This document shows, piece after piece, positions 52,593 through 64,000 of a stretch of 64,000 nucleotides of DNA. The position numbers and the translations under genes are program-made. This DNA is from Felis catus (Eukaryota): positions 39,930,001 through 39,994,000 of the forward strand of contig NC_058368.1 in the NCBI RefSeq assembly GCF_018350175.1. Reading direction: 5' to 3'. The notes under the pieces are model-generated. The model had not been told where the DNA came from. It did no database searches and saw only the letters and a program-made list of their open reading frames with translations. How positions within the stretch are numbered: the first letter of the stretch is position 1; the number at the start of each line of letters is the position of its first letter.

Positions 52593-54247
52593 TTTTTTTT
52601 CAATATATGAAGTTTATTGTCAAATTGGTTTCCATACAACACCCAGTGCTCATCCCAAAAGGTGCCCTCCTCAATACCCATCACCCACGCTCCCTCCCTC
52701 CCACCCCCCATCAACCCTCAGTTTGTTCTCAGCTTTTAAGAGTCTCTTATGCTTTGGCTGTCTCTCCCACTCTGACCTCTTTTTTTTTTCTACCCCTCCC
52801 CCATGGGTTTCTGTTAAGTTTCTTAGGATCCACATAAGAGTGAAACCATATGGTATCTGTCTTTCTCTGTATGGCTTATTTCACTTAGCATCACACTCTC
52901 CAGTTCCATCCACGTTGCTACAAAAGGCCATATTTCATTCTTTCTCACTGCCATGTAGTATTCCATTGTGTATATAAACCACAATTTCTTTATCCATTCA
53001 TCAGTTGATGGACATTTAGGCTCTTTCCATAATTTGGCTATTGTTGAGAGTGCTGCTATAAACATTGGGGTACAAGTGCCCCTATGCATCAGTACTCCTG
53101 TATCCCTTGGGTAAATTCCTAGCTATTTATGTGCTATTGCTGGGTCATAGGGTAGGTCTATTTTTAATTTTTTGAGGAACCTCCACACCGTTTTCCAGAG
53201 TGGCTGCACCAATTTGCATTCCCACCGACAGTGCAAGAGGGTTCCCGTTTCTCCACATCCTCTCCAGCATCTATAGTCTCCTGATTTGTTCATTTTGGCC
53301 ACTCTGACTGGTGTGAGGTGATATCTGAGTGTTGGTTTTGATCTGTATTTCCCTTATGAGGAGCGACGTTGAGCATCTTTTCATGTGCCTGTTGGCCATC
53401 TGGATGTCTTCTTTAGAGAAGTGTCTATTCATGTTTTCTGCCCATTTCTTCACTGGGTTGTTTTTCAGGTGTGGAGTTTCGTGAGCTCTTTATAGATTTT
53501 GGATACTAGCCCTTTGTCCGATATGTCATTTGCAAATATCTTTTCCCATTCCGTTGGTTGCCTTTTAGTTTTGTTGGTTGTTTCCTTTGCTGTGCAGAAG
53601 CTTTTTATCTTCATAAGGTCCCAGTAGTTCATTTTTGCTTTTAATTCCCTCGCCTTTGGGGATGTGTCAAGTAAGAAATTGCTACGGTTGAGGTCAGGGA
53701 AGTCTTTTCCCGCTTTCTCCTCTAGGGTTTTGATGGTTTCCTGTCTCACATTCAGGTCCTTTATCCATTTTGAGTTTATTTTTGTGAATCGTGTGAGAAA
53801 GTGGTCGAGTTTCAATCTTCTGCATGTTGCTGTCCAGTTCTCCCAGCACCGTTTGTTAAAGAGACTTTTTTCCATTGGATGTTCTTTCCTGCTTTGTCAA
53901 AGATGAGTTGGCCATACGTTTGTGGGTCTAGTTCTGGGGTTTCTATTCTATTCCATTGGTCTATGTGTCTGTTTTTGTGCCAATACCATGCTGTCTTGAT
54001 GATTACAGCTTTGTAGTAGAGACTAAAGTCTGGGATTGTGATGCCTCCTGCTTTGGTCTTCTTCTTCAAAATTACTTTGGCTATTCGGGGCCTTTTGTGG
54101 TTCCATATGAATTTTAGGATTGCTTGTTCTAGTTTCGAGAAGAATGCTGGTGCAATTTTGATTGGGATTGCATTGAATGTGTAAATAGCCCTGGGTAGTA
54201 TTGACATTTTGACAATATTTATTCTTCCAATCCATGAGCACAGAATG
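52593..54247 (-). mobile_element. Relatively young 5'-truncated felid L1 (ORF2 C-terminus plus 3'UTR)
   Basis: ORF fragments [18 protein letters not shown]...[33 protein letters not shown] and CTPMFIAALSTIAKLWKEPKCPSTDEWIKK, with frameshifts. Approximate TSD AAAACTTGATTT / AAAACCTAATTT. Confidence 0.96.
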
Positions 54248-54974
54248 AAAAACCTAATTTATTTTTAAACATGTTCCTTTTTCTCAAAATTTTCCACGTT
54301 TAGCTTTTTATTTACATCTCAACTCATAGTATCCTAGATGTATTTGTATCAAATTAAATTTCATATCTTTCGCATTTTTAATTAAATATCTATAATATAA
54401 TTCAATGGATATGTAAAAAAGAAACTCTCTTTAATAAATGAGCCAAACAAACATGACTAGAAAAATAAATCCAGTAGTTTGGGTTTATTTACCTTTTAAA
54501 TAAGGGAAAAGAGTTTAAATGCAAAACATGATTTAAGTTAGAAGAATAGCAACTTGCACGTAATATTTTAAGATAATACTTTCGTTTAAAATATTTTGCA
54601 TGTAATAGCCTTTTACCATGTATTTCAGATTTCTTAACCCATTAAAAACATCTATTTTATCCATCTTTTACTCTTATTGAGAGTCTTACTGAAGATTCAT
54701 TCACCAAATGATTGATATCCTTTCAAACCCTCTAAAATATAAATAATGTCCATTTTTAAAATGTGATTGAACTGCAAAACCACACAGATACACAGGACTT
54801 TACATGTATACATAACTGATTCTTCCAGTGTGTGCCCTCATATTAGTGTTATGATTTTACTTCTTTCTATTTGCCAGCAGTGCACCTTCTTATGGTCTTG
54901 CTCATTCTTCTACTCTAGTCTGGTCAACATTGTCCTTCTTGGGAGATTTTGATCAAGTATCTTCACCTTTAACT

Positions 54975-55205
54975 AGACAGGCACATAAATTAGATCTGAG
55001 GATTCAGGAGTTAAATCCTAGACTTCACGTGTACAAACTCTGTTACTTTAAGCAAATCATTCAAATTTTATGTGCATCGGTTTCCTCATCCGCAAATTGT
55101 GCATAGTTATATGGCTTCTATCACATTGTGGTAATGGAGATTTAATGCATTTATATCAAATTTTTAGAATAGTTCTTGCTTGATAGTACAATCTAAACAT
55201 TGTCT
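54975..55205 (+). mobile_element. MIR
   Basis: 'tgttactttaagcaaatcattcaaattttatgtgcatcggtttcctcatccgcaaattg' is MIR core. Confidence 0.75.
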
Positions 55206-55319
55206 ATCCCTATCCAGGTAGAATTAACCACTGTAATCAATTAATAAATAATCTAAAACACATTTATTGCATACCTCATGTTTGCTGAGGACAAAATGTA
55301 AAACCATTACTGCACCGAT

Positions 55320-55482
55320 CATACATATATAATACATATATATATATTATACATACCGTATATATATATGCAATATGTATATATATATACATACAGATCA
55401 TACATATATAATACATATATATTATACATATATATAATACATATATTATACACATATACATAAATAATACACACACATATAA
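55320..55482. repeat. Degenerate (TA)/(CA) low-complexity repeat
   Basis: Direct reading. Confidence 0.9.
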
Positions 55483-55604
55483 TAGTGGCACATTGTTACT
55501 TTAATACCTGTATGCATTTATAAAATGCATTTATATATATAAATGCATAGCAAATGATTCTATAGCTCTGTTTTCCTATTAGATATGAATGCAGATATTG
55601 ACTG

Positions 55605-56005
55605 CTTTAGTATGCTAAGGTTATCACAACAGAGTACCACAAACTGAGTGGCTTAACAAATAGAAATTTATTGCCTTGTAGTTCTGGAACCTAGAACTCT
55701 AAAATCAAGGTGTTGGAAGAGCCATATTCCCTCTGAAAACTGGGCGGGGGGGGGGTTCTTTGTCTTTTCCTGGCTTCTGGTGGTTTGCTGGTAACCGTTA
55801 TGTATCTTAGTCTGATGTGCATCGCCCCAATCTTCCATCTTCACGTGGCATTTTTTTATGTCTCTTCACATCATCTTCCTTATGTGTGTGTCTCTGCCCA
55901 AATTTTGCCTTTTTATATGGATGCCAGTTATATTGGATTAGGACCCACTGTAATGGCCTCATCATAACTTGATTAAGTCTACAAAGATACCATTTCATAA
56001 TAGAA
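55605..56005 (-). mobile_element. MaLR LTR (MLT1B/C-like)
   Basis: 'acagagtaccacaaactgagtggcttaacaaatagaaatttattg...gttctggaa...aaatcaaggtgttgg...tattggattaggacccac'. Confidence 0.88.
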
Positions 56006-56509
56006 TAATCACACTCTGGCTCTCGGCCTTAACACTGTCTCCTCAGAAACATCTGCACCATGAGAACCAAGTGGAGAAAGAAGCAAATGCACACACTGAA
56101 GCATAAAAACAGATGAGGCAGAGTTCCAAGTAAACTACTAGCTTGTACAAGCATGGAAGCCACAGGAGCAGAAACAAGGAAAGCTACAGGCCAGGAAGGC
56201 TGGTACAAATTGTTAGACTGCACAGCTACTGCCTAAAGCTTGTCTCAGTGGATTGAGAACATCCATCGTCATCTAATCACAGTGACCACCTTTGAGAGGC
56301 CTATCTTGCTGATACCAAAACAGTCCCTTTTTGTCCTTTGCCCTAGACCTTTGACATTCTGGACTAATTCTGTTCTCAGATGTGACTAAATATAACATGC
56401 ACGATAAATCATTTCTTCTGCTGTCTAAACTGAACAAAAACAAAAGACTCTGATTTAAGTGATAAGAAAACCACATAAAGATCACTGTGAAGAATCTTTT
56501 CCCACAAGA

Positions 56510-56637
56510 GTACTAGCTCCTTGAAAGCTGGAATTAATAGTGCATTTTATTTAGCGATGCTTCCTTAGCATCTAGATTGATTCCTGCCATATTGTCCCAT
56601 AGAAGATAATCACAAATTATTTTACAAATGAATGATT
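56510..56637 (+). mobile_element. L2 3' end
   Basis: 'agctccttgaaagctgg...ccttagcatctagattgattcctgcc...aaatgaatga'. Confidence 0.55.
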
Positions 56638-58729
56638 CTGTCTAAAATAGACATTTATACTGATGTAAGTTATATATCAAATTACTGCAAAAGATGAGTC
56701 ACATTCTTAAACATTATTTGAGTTAAGATTATTACATTTAATAAAATTGATACCAATCTTTAATTAAAGTGTTTCAAAATTCAAATCTTTCTACTGATGT
56801 CAGTATACTGAAGTGACCTTGCACTTACTTTCTAAGTTAATACACCTTGGAAAATATTTTTCACTGAGAAAATAATATATTTATAAATACACACAGAAAC
56901 TAAAATTCGCAAGAAAATGTTGTTTCATGTAAGGGATAGTATAATCAAAATGAAGTGCTTAAGTACAACCTACAGAAATCAATGTTGTTAATTTATATTT
57001 TATAAAGAAAATATTTAGATACATATTTGTTTATTTTAGCCTTAATAACTTTAGTCTGTAGTAATTAATTATGACAATTACTAACTTAAGTGATAGCCAA
57101 ATAGACTTACACTTACTTTAATAAATAGTATAATTAAGTTTTCAATTACAAATGTAGTTATATTAACACTTTGATAATTTTTTGTATATATTTCAAAAGA
57201 TTATATCACATTTTATCTTTCATCTCATTTGTCAAATAGGAAATACTATAAACAGACAATTGAAACATATTGGAAGACTAAATCTATGTATGATTTTAGC
57301 AAGCCACTTTACCTCTCTGAATTTTAATTTAGCTATTTGCAAAGTAAGCAATTGAACTAACATTCTCAACAGGCTAACTTTAGAGTTTTATTACTCTGTA
57401 CACGATATATCATGTTAGTTCAACTTCCATACAGAACAGAATACAATGTTACAATCTTCCTTATTTTTGAATATTCAAATACGTACATGTTTTTCACTGT
57501 TACATATGTAAACTGAATATACATGTAATCAACATATAACTTCAAATTGTTAAGAACATGTTTTAAACTTCAAGTTATTTTAAAAGCACAAATATTTTAA
57601 CTATCATATACATACATGAAATATTAGTAAAAACTCATATCACTTTACCAATACTTACTTTAAATAGAAAGAAATATAAAGCCTAGATGTGGAAGTGTGA
57701 GGTCTGGGAGGTGAAAGAGTAGTCATACTAGAAAGGCACAAAAGAAATAATGACTTTTCTAATTATTCTGAAAATATTTATTTTATTAACATATTTATCA
57801 CTATACTATATCTTAATATATCTTTATCATAATTTGTATATACACTGCTCATTTGAACACTGGCCAGGAAGACTCCCCTACGTTATTTTCCACTCAGAAA
57901 CAGAAGGAACAAGACATTAAAGACAGAAAAACAGAAAAAGAAAAAAAATTTCAACCAAAATATCATAAACAGCAGCATAAATTAAACCCAGGTATGGCTG
58001 GCTTCAAGTACCATGTTTCCATCTTGTCATTCTCTGGAGTACAAAGAAGAGATTTATTAATTGTTGTGCAGGAAATTAGGAAACACTTCATAGAAAATAT
58101 GGCATTTTATCCAAGCCATAAATTTGAATAGTATTTCCATAGTGATAATAGAATACAGTGGGGAGAAAGGCAATTTGAGCAAAATAAATTGTATATTTGG
58201 AGAGGGTACAGGAGAATTCTATAGAATTGATAGTTTGCTTGATATGTGCTAGGTTTGAGGATGGCTACAGGTTATGACTGAATTTTATACTGTGTTTCTT
58301 ATAAAGTGCAATTATATAGCACAAGTGCTTTTCACAAATAGGCAGGTTAGACACGGTTAGACATGAAGCCCAGGCAACAGGACTATGACAACTGCAAGCA
58401 GAATTCCGATGAAATTCACCCTCCCAAGTAGGGAAACATCACAAGGCCATAAGAAAATGCCAACTAGAGAGCAAAAACAGATTTTTCCTTTTTCATATAC
58501 AAATCACTGCATTATTTTCCTTATTTTAATTTTGGTTTATTGGCTTTTATTCTGTTAAGTAAACTCACTATATGTCCATATGTTGTATAATATCCTATAG
58601 CAAAGGTCAGCATAACTGTTATCTCCAATAAAATCCTCCTATAATCTTTGCAACTAATTAAAAGGAGGGCAAGAGCACTCCCACAATTTCCTCTACTACA
58701 AATAATGCTCTTTATTCATGTACTTGATC

Positions 58730-59250
58730 TCAGGTGATCACCTGTTAAGAGACAAACCTAGATAGTCCTAGAGCACCATTTCCTTCTTCTTGGTAATTTA
58801 GCAGAGGGATGCTCCCATTGATGTCTATCAGCTGGCAGAGACATGACCATCATGTGATGTCATCCATTCCTAGTAACAAGGCTTTTCCCAGGGCCCTTGT
58901 ATGTGTACCTTGTCCCTCAGTTTACATATTCTGTAACATAATTCCTGAACCCAAGAATTCCTTGATAAATTTCTTCCTAATTTGAGAAACTAGGTGTTGC
59001 TAACCACTCATCATACACTATCATTCTATTACTATGTAACACAGGGTACAGTGGGACTTATCCTCTCTTGAAACACTGCTGATGGCCCATATAGAACATT
59101 TATGCCTGGCTTATGCTATGGAATAAAAGTTGAAAAACAATGTATGCCCTGCAGCTGCTGGACTTGTACATATTTTTCCCAAATAAACTTGATTTATATT
59201 TGCTCCATATGGTACTAGTAATGTGTGTTCATGACCCTATCGAAGACAGC
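58730..59250 (+). mobile_element. Possible old solo LTR (family unassigned)
   Basis: GC-elevated ~500-bp island with AATAAA motifs at ~59122 and ~59182 and an LTR-like tail 'tgtgtgttcatgaccctatcgaagaca'. Boundaries uncertain. Confidence 0.3.
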
Positions 59251-59684
59251 CTTGGATATGAAACAGACCTTTTATCTGTATGTATGCACTCATACATATA
59301 CATACAAAATATAATAAAACAAAAATGTTAAAGGTTATGGGTAAGAGCATTGTAAAGGGCATGGCTTTTCACACTCGTGCTCATATTTTCTTGTTATACT
59401 CCCAGTATGGCTTCACCCATACCCCCAGATATCACTATAGAATGTAGACATTATTCCCCTTAAAATAAGAGCAATTCCACTTTCCTGGAAATCATGGTGA
59501 TAATGAATCTCAGCCACTGCAAGGTCCATGTTCTGCTCCCAAGCATTTATCAAAGAATTTCTCAACAAAGACTGCCTTCTGCTCTGATAAATCCTGTTGA
59601 CAAGAGCTAAAATATACTTTTTCCCATCTTATTATATTAAATCAGGGAAATAAAACCTGAAAACTAGAAATTCCACATATATTA

Positions 59685-60139
59685 TGTTAGCCTGAAAATA
59701 AGAACCACAGTGAGAAGCAAATGGGTGTTTATTTGGAATCAGAGAACTGCAATTCAAGGAGCACAGACTCAGGTATAAACTCATATTGTGTCCTGATTGT
59801 ATGGTGAAGGTAAGCGTTTTTCCATAAGAAAAAAGTGTGTGGGGAGCAATTATGTGAGTTGAAGGAAACTAAAGTTTTCTATGGTTGTTAATGAGCGAAG
59901 CTACTCTGGGTTCTACATTGATTGACTATTAGTTCTACCTTTAGGAAGTCCACAACCATCAGACTTGTGAGCAGCATGTCTGTTCTCCCTCTGACTTCAC
60001 AGGCAATTCTTAAACAATTTCCATCTCACCCAGTTCAAAGGTTATGGCCCAGGTCCACCAAAACCAGGTAAGGTAGTTTCCCTGCAGTAGCTACTCTGGT
60101 TCTGTTTTAAAATGGCTCCAGTCATGTTAGCTGTTCACA
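59685..60139 (-). mobile_element. ERV1 (MER4-group/MER101-like) 3' LTR
   Basis: Minus strand TGTGAAC...GGCTAACA. Antisense 'tttatttggaatcagagaactgcaattc' motif. Preceded on the minus strand by a decayed PPT-like 'gatcaaaaggtttcataa'. Confidence 0.7.
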
Positions 60140-60930
60140 TTATGAAACCTTTTGATCTCCATCTTCCTCTGAAAGTATCACTGATTAACCAGTAGAAGGC
60201 ACTGCTGACCAATCACTGGGAAATACCTCTGATTGACTCTTACAAGGCACTGCCAATTAGCCATCAAACATTATTGTTCTCTTGTCACTAAGAAGGATCA
60301 TTCCAGGTGTGCCATGTCCCATGTAGGAGGGAAAGTGATTTTTTTTTTTTGAGCCTTCAGCCACATTTAAGCAACAAAAGAGCCAGAGAAGAGCAAAGTT
60401 TTATCATCAAGTTCCTTTAAGCCAAACATCTGAAGTTTTTGGAGCTTCTTCATGGGATGTCTCATAAGGCACAGAAATCAGTTCAAAATGCTGAGTGACC
60501 ATTATCTGTGTGATGTCCTTATAACTTCAAACTGTACAGAAAAAGAGAAAGTTTTACAACGACAAAAATTCCAATAGTAATAAACAAACTGTTGAGTCCA
60601 AATTGGAGCACTGACCTAAACCAAGGAGCAATTTCTGAGTCCAGCTAACTAAAAAGATAAAAGAATCATGGGCACTGCATTTCACCTTCTATTTATACTT
60701 CACCAGACATTTTATTGAAGTACCAGAGGTATTTATTACAGAACAAATCCCACTTTGTTCAGATAGGAAGTAATCAGGACAAATAAGTTCTCAATTTCCT
60801 CCTACACTTAAAAGTTCTTGATATTTTATGTAAACTGGAGTCATAAGCATAGTTCCAACTATTGTAGATAATCCATTAGATTCACATGAATGACATGTGA
60901 ACAACTTGGTCTAAAGGCGATCTCACTAAT
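60140..60930 (-). pseudogene. env: ERV1 internal 3' region with decayed env TM remnant
   Basis: Minus translation DYFLSEQSGICSVINTSG (60775-60722) resembles the gamma-type ISD/CX6CC region. YLFS*LDSEIAPWFRSVLQFGLNSLFITIGIFVVVK (~60659-60552) resembles the membrane-proximal and anchor region. Confidence 0.7.
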
Positions 60931-60949
60931 TTCAAAAAAGAATAATCAA

Positions 60950-61140
60950 AAAAGATGTAGCAGGCAAAAGACCCAGAATAGCCAACACAATATGGAAGGA
61001 AAAGAACAAAGTTGGAGGACAGACACTAGGGGAGGGACTATTATGGCTGCAGGGAATATACAGCTCTGTACTTTGTCCTCAATTTTGCTGTGACCCTTAA
61101 ACTAGTCTAAAAAACAAAACCTTAATTTAAGCAATATAAA
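60950..61140 (+). mobile_element. L1MC-like fragment (ORF2 piece fused to the 3' terminus)
   Basis: 'ggcaaaagacccagaatagccaacacaatatggaaggaaaagaacaaagttggagga' followed by 'ctctgtactttgtcctcaattttgctgtgacccttaaactagtctaaaaaa'. Confidence 0.7.
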
Positions 61141-62044
61141 TAAATACAAAGACCAAAGTGTTCACAATGAATTGTAGTTGTTGCCAAAATAATAGTACAA
61201 TATATTTTCTATCAAATGTAATAAATTTTATTTTCCTTATGAGAAGAAGGAAGACTTTAATCTAGTTTTCCAGACTCAAAAGGATAGAACATAACACTCA
61301 TAGTTCAGAAGGATAGAAATAAACCATGAGTTAAGTTAGGAAATGAAATCCTATCACAATAGTTTCAATGGTAGAAATTTGACAGTGATAGAAAACTTAA
61401 CCCTTAATTCATGGAAAGAACAGAAGAAAAAGAAGTGAGTTTTATATATTTTCCATTTCAGCGACCTATGCATGGATGAAGACAATTAAACACTGGTTGG
61501 TACAAAATAATTTTCTCACTAAACAGAATTACAAGACCCAATATCAAGCAAGTGACAATTTTTGTTCTATATTCATGCTCTCACAGATGTTACAAACTAA
61601 TTTTTAGCCTTAATTACTAAATCTTTCAGATCTTACACATCTTGAAAAATATTAACAAAACCATGATCCCTTAGAGGCTGCTATGTAGCTAAAAGTTGTG
61701 TGGTTTTTCCTCAATATGTGGTTATAGTGTGAAATGTAACTGTGAAAATGACATTGTGGGCCACTATATTTATCCTCTCAATGAGTTGAGCAGCACATCA
61801 AGTTTACTTAGTTTATAATTATTTTTATCACTTGATGCTGCAGGCACAACCTGAGAGGAAAATTTAGCAGTTGCTTTCTGAGTTTTATATCATCGCCCAT
61901 AATAGGAACTCAGCACTTGAATTTGTCAAGTTGATTGACATACTCTGGGAGATACTATAACTGAGTACTGCCAAACCCTCATTGATACCCTAGTCCTGAA
62001 CAGAAGCTTTTACTTTCCCTGTTATTAGTATTATAAATAATCTT

Positions 62045-62265
62045 TTTTTATTTTTTAAAAATATTTAATATTTATTAATTTTTGAGAGTGAGAGAGAGAA
62101 AGAGACAGACTGCAAGTTAGGGGAGGGGCAGAGAGAGACGGAGACACAAAATCTGAAGCAGACTCCAGGCTCTGATCTGACAGCACAGAGCCAGACACAG
62201 GGTTGGAACCCAAGAACCGTGAGATCATGACCTGAGCTTAACCAACTGAGTGACCCAGGCACCTC
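62045..62265 (-). mobile_element. CanSINE with a small internal deletion
   Basis: TSD taaataatctt at 62034 and 62267. 'cctgagc|ttaacc' lacks about 12 nt present in the other copies. Confidence 0.93.
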
Positions 62266-62489
62266 TTAAATAATCTTAAATTGAACAACATTGTAAGGTA
62301 GAATGAAATGTTTTTTTCTAAATATTCCTAAGAAATACATTCATACCATACATACAAAAATGTTACTCATAATTAAAGGATATATTGTTTTATATGAAAT
62401 TTTAAAAGAAATATATGGATATCACAGCTATTTTAAAAGCCTTTTATAAAGCTTTTTTGCATTAGCATTACTGAATAGCAATTGGGGAA

Positions 62490-62710
62490 AAAAGTCATGC
62501 TATTATAAAAGGAGAATAGGACTTGGATGCAAAATATGGGCTTTCTAAATAGTTGCAAAATATGCTGTTACTTTGAGACAAGGACTTCATGATGCCTCAG
62601 TATTCATACATGTAAAATAGAATAGTATCTACTGAGTTATTATTAAGGGACATTAAGATAATATATGTCAAAGATTTTTGTAAACAATATACTGTAGACA
62701 TTTTGATTAA
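62490..62710 (+). mobile_element. MIR
   Basis: 'aataggacttggatgc...gctgttactttgagacaagg...tgcctcagtattcatacatgtaaaatagaatag'. Confidence 0.7.
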
Positions 62711-62749
62711 CGTCCTTGTATTCTCAAAGAAAGTAAAGAAAGAAAGTCA

Positions 62750-63070
62750 AAAAAGGCTATATTTTCTTACGGTAACAAACAATTGCAAAAATCTAAATGA
62801 CTTAAAGCAACAAATGCCTATTTTCCAATTCTATCTTTTGCAATAGGGATTTGTTTATCATGTTCATACGGAGCCCCAAACTGTTGGAGCAGTTACCATA
62901 CCAAACGTTTCTGTTGGCTATAGATTGAAATGGAGAATCTTGCATTGGCAAGAAAGTGATCTAGACCAGAACTGACACACATTCATTTCTGCTGTAAACA
63001 TTTATTTGCCAGTACAAGGATCCTGGTAACCACAAATAAGCCAGGAAATACAGACTTACCATGTAAGTGC
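62750..63070 (-). mobile_element. MaLR LTR (old MLT1) fragment
   Basis: 'ggtaacaaacaattgcaaaaatctaaatgacttaaagcaacaaatg' and 'ccagaactgacacacattcatttctgct'. Confidence 0.6.
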
Positions 63071-63149
63071 CTACAAAGAAAGAAATGGAAAACAATTGTC
63101 ACAGGCAATGTGGTTATTACAGAATGTAAATTTTGAAAGCTGTGGAGTA

Positions 63150-64000
63150 AAATGAATAGTAAGAATCCATTTTACATCCATGAGATTAAAAAAAATTAAG
63201 TCTGACAATTCTGAACATTAGCAAGGGTGTGGAGTAAAGGATATTCTTTTTATTTTTTAAGTTTTATTTTTTTTTTATTTTGAGTGGGTGCACAGCAGAG
63301 GCAGAGAGAAAGAGAGAGACAGAAACCCAAGCAGGCTCTGTACTGTCAGTGCGGAGCCTGATGTGGGGATCAAACCCACAAACTATGAGAACATGACCTG
63401 AGCAGAAATAGTCAGATGCTTAACTGACGGAGCCACCCAGGCACCACAGCAAAGGACATTCTCATACATCAGTGGTGGAGTGTAAACTGATGCATGCCAT
63501 TTGAAGAAAATTTTGAAAAAAAAACCTCAAGAAAGTAAAATCTATGCAAACCCTAAATCTTAATTATTCTCCTGATTCAATTTCACTCCTTAAAAAAAAA
63601 GATTGCCCAAATACATAACTAGTTATTGGGACTTGCTTGTGAGAGCAAAATATTGAAAACAACCTACATGTCTACACATTCATAAACAAAGGATGGATAA
63701 ATCAAAATTATGGTTTACACACACACAAACACACATAATGAGTAAACTAGAATTATGTTGAGCCACTTGAATGAATCCTCACAAAAAACAAATTATCAAA
63801 TTTTAAAAAGGAAATAACAGAATGAAATGCATGATACAGCATAACTTACATAAAATGGTAAAAAGCAAACATAATTATTTACTTTATGACATAAATATCT
63901 CACATATAACTAGATGTTTATTATATTATATTTAGAGTTTGATTGTCTATAATTTAAATGATGGAAGTATTGGTATGCATACTATTTATTACTTTACATT
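63150..64000 (+). mobile_element. L1ME-like 3' fragment (runs off the window)
   Basis: 'ccattttacatccatgagatt...aagtctgacaat...gcaagggtgtggag', 'tggtggagtgtaaactg', 'gaaaacaacctacatgtc'. Confidence 0.7.
63248..63447 (-). mobile_element. CanSINE
   Basis: TSD agtaaaggatattct / agcaaaggacattct. Confidence 0.93.

Noticed and set aside
52823..54241. Protein-like ORFs as a host gene
   Set aside because: Frameshifted L1 ORF2 fragments of a 5'-truncated element that cannot be active.
1..64000. CRISPR arrays, operons or prokaryote-type systems
   Set aside because: This is mammalian DNA. The tandem repeats are two-copy duplications or microsatellites without repeat-spacer structure.

Overview
AT-rich, repeat-dense eukaryotic genomic DNA from a felid (cat-type CanSINE/SINEC_Fc and L1_Fc-like elements), most likely a large intron or an intergenic region. 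I find no supportable host protein-coding exon, RNA gene or CpG island. The only supplied ORFs that resemble real proteins are decayed L1 ORF2 fragments and one ERV-L pol fragment. The window holds about 17 CanSINEs of different ages, two 5'-truncated carnivore L1s with TSDs, several ancient L1M/L2/MIR/MLT1/MER20 relics and many microsatellites and small tandem duplications. Two retroviral fossils are the most informative features. The first is a class III (ERV-L type) provirus at ~17.5-21.8 kb with readable RT, RNase H and integrase remnants, a duplicated 'YSPFEKQLL' segment, an LTR33-like 3' LTR, and nested L1 and LTR insertions. The second is a minus-strand class I (MER4-group-like) 3' proviral end at ~59.7-60.9 kb that keeps a decayed env TM. 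I found no convincing novel biological system. Repeat family names come from recalled consensus similarity, not database searches.
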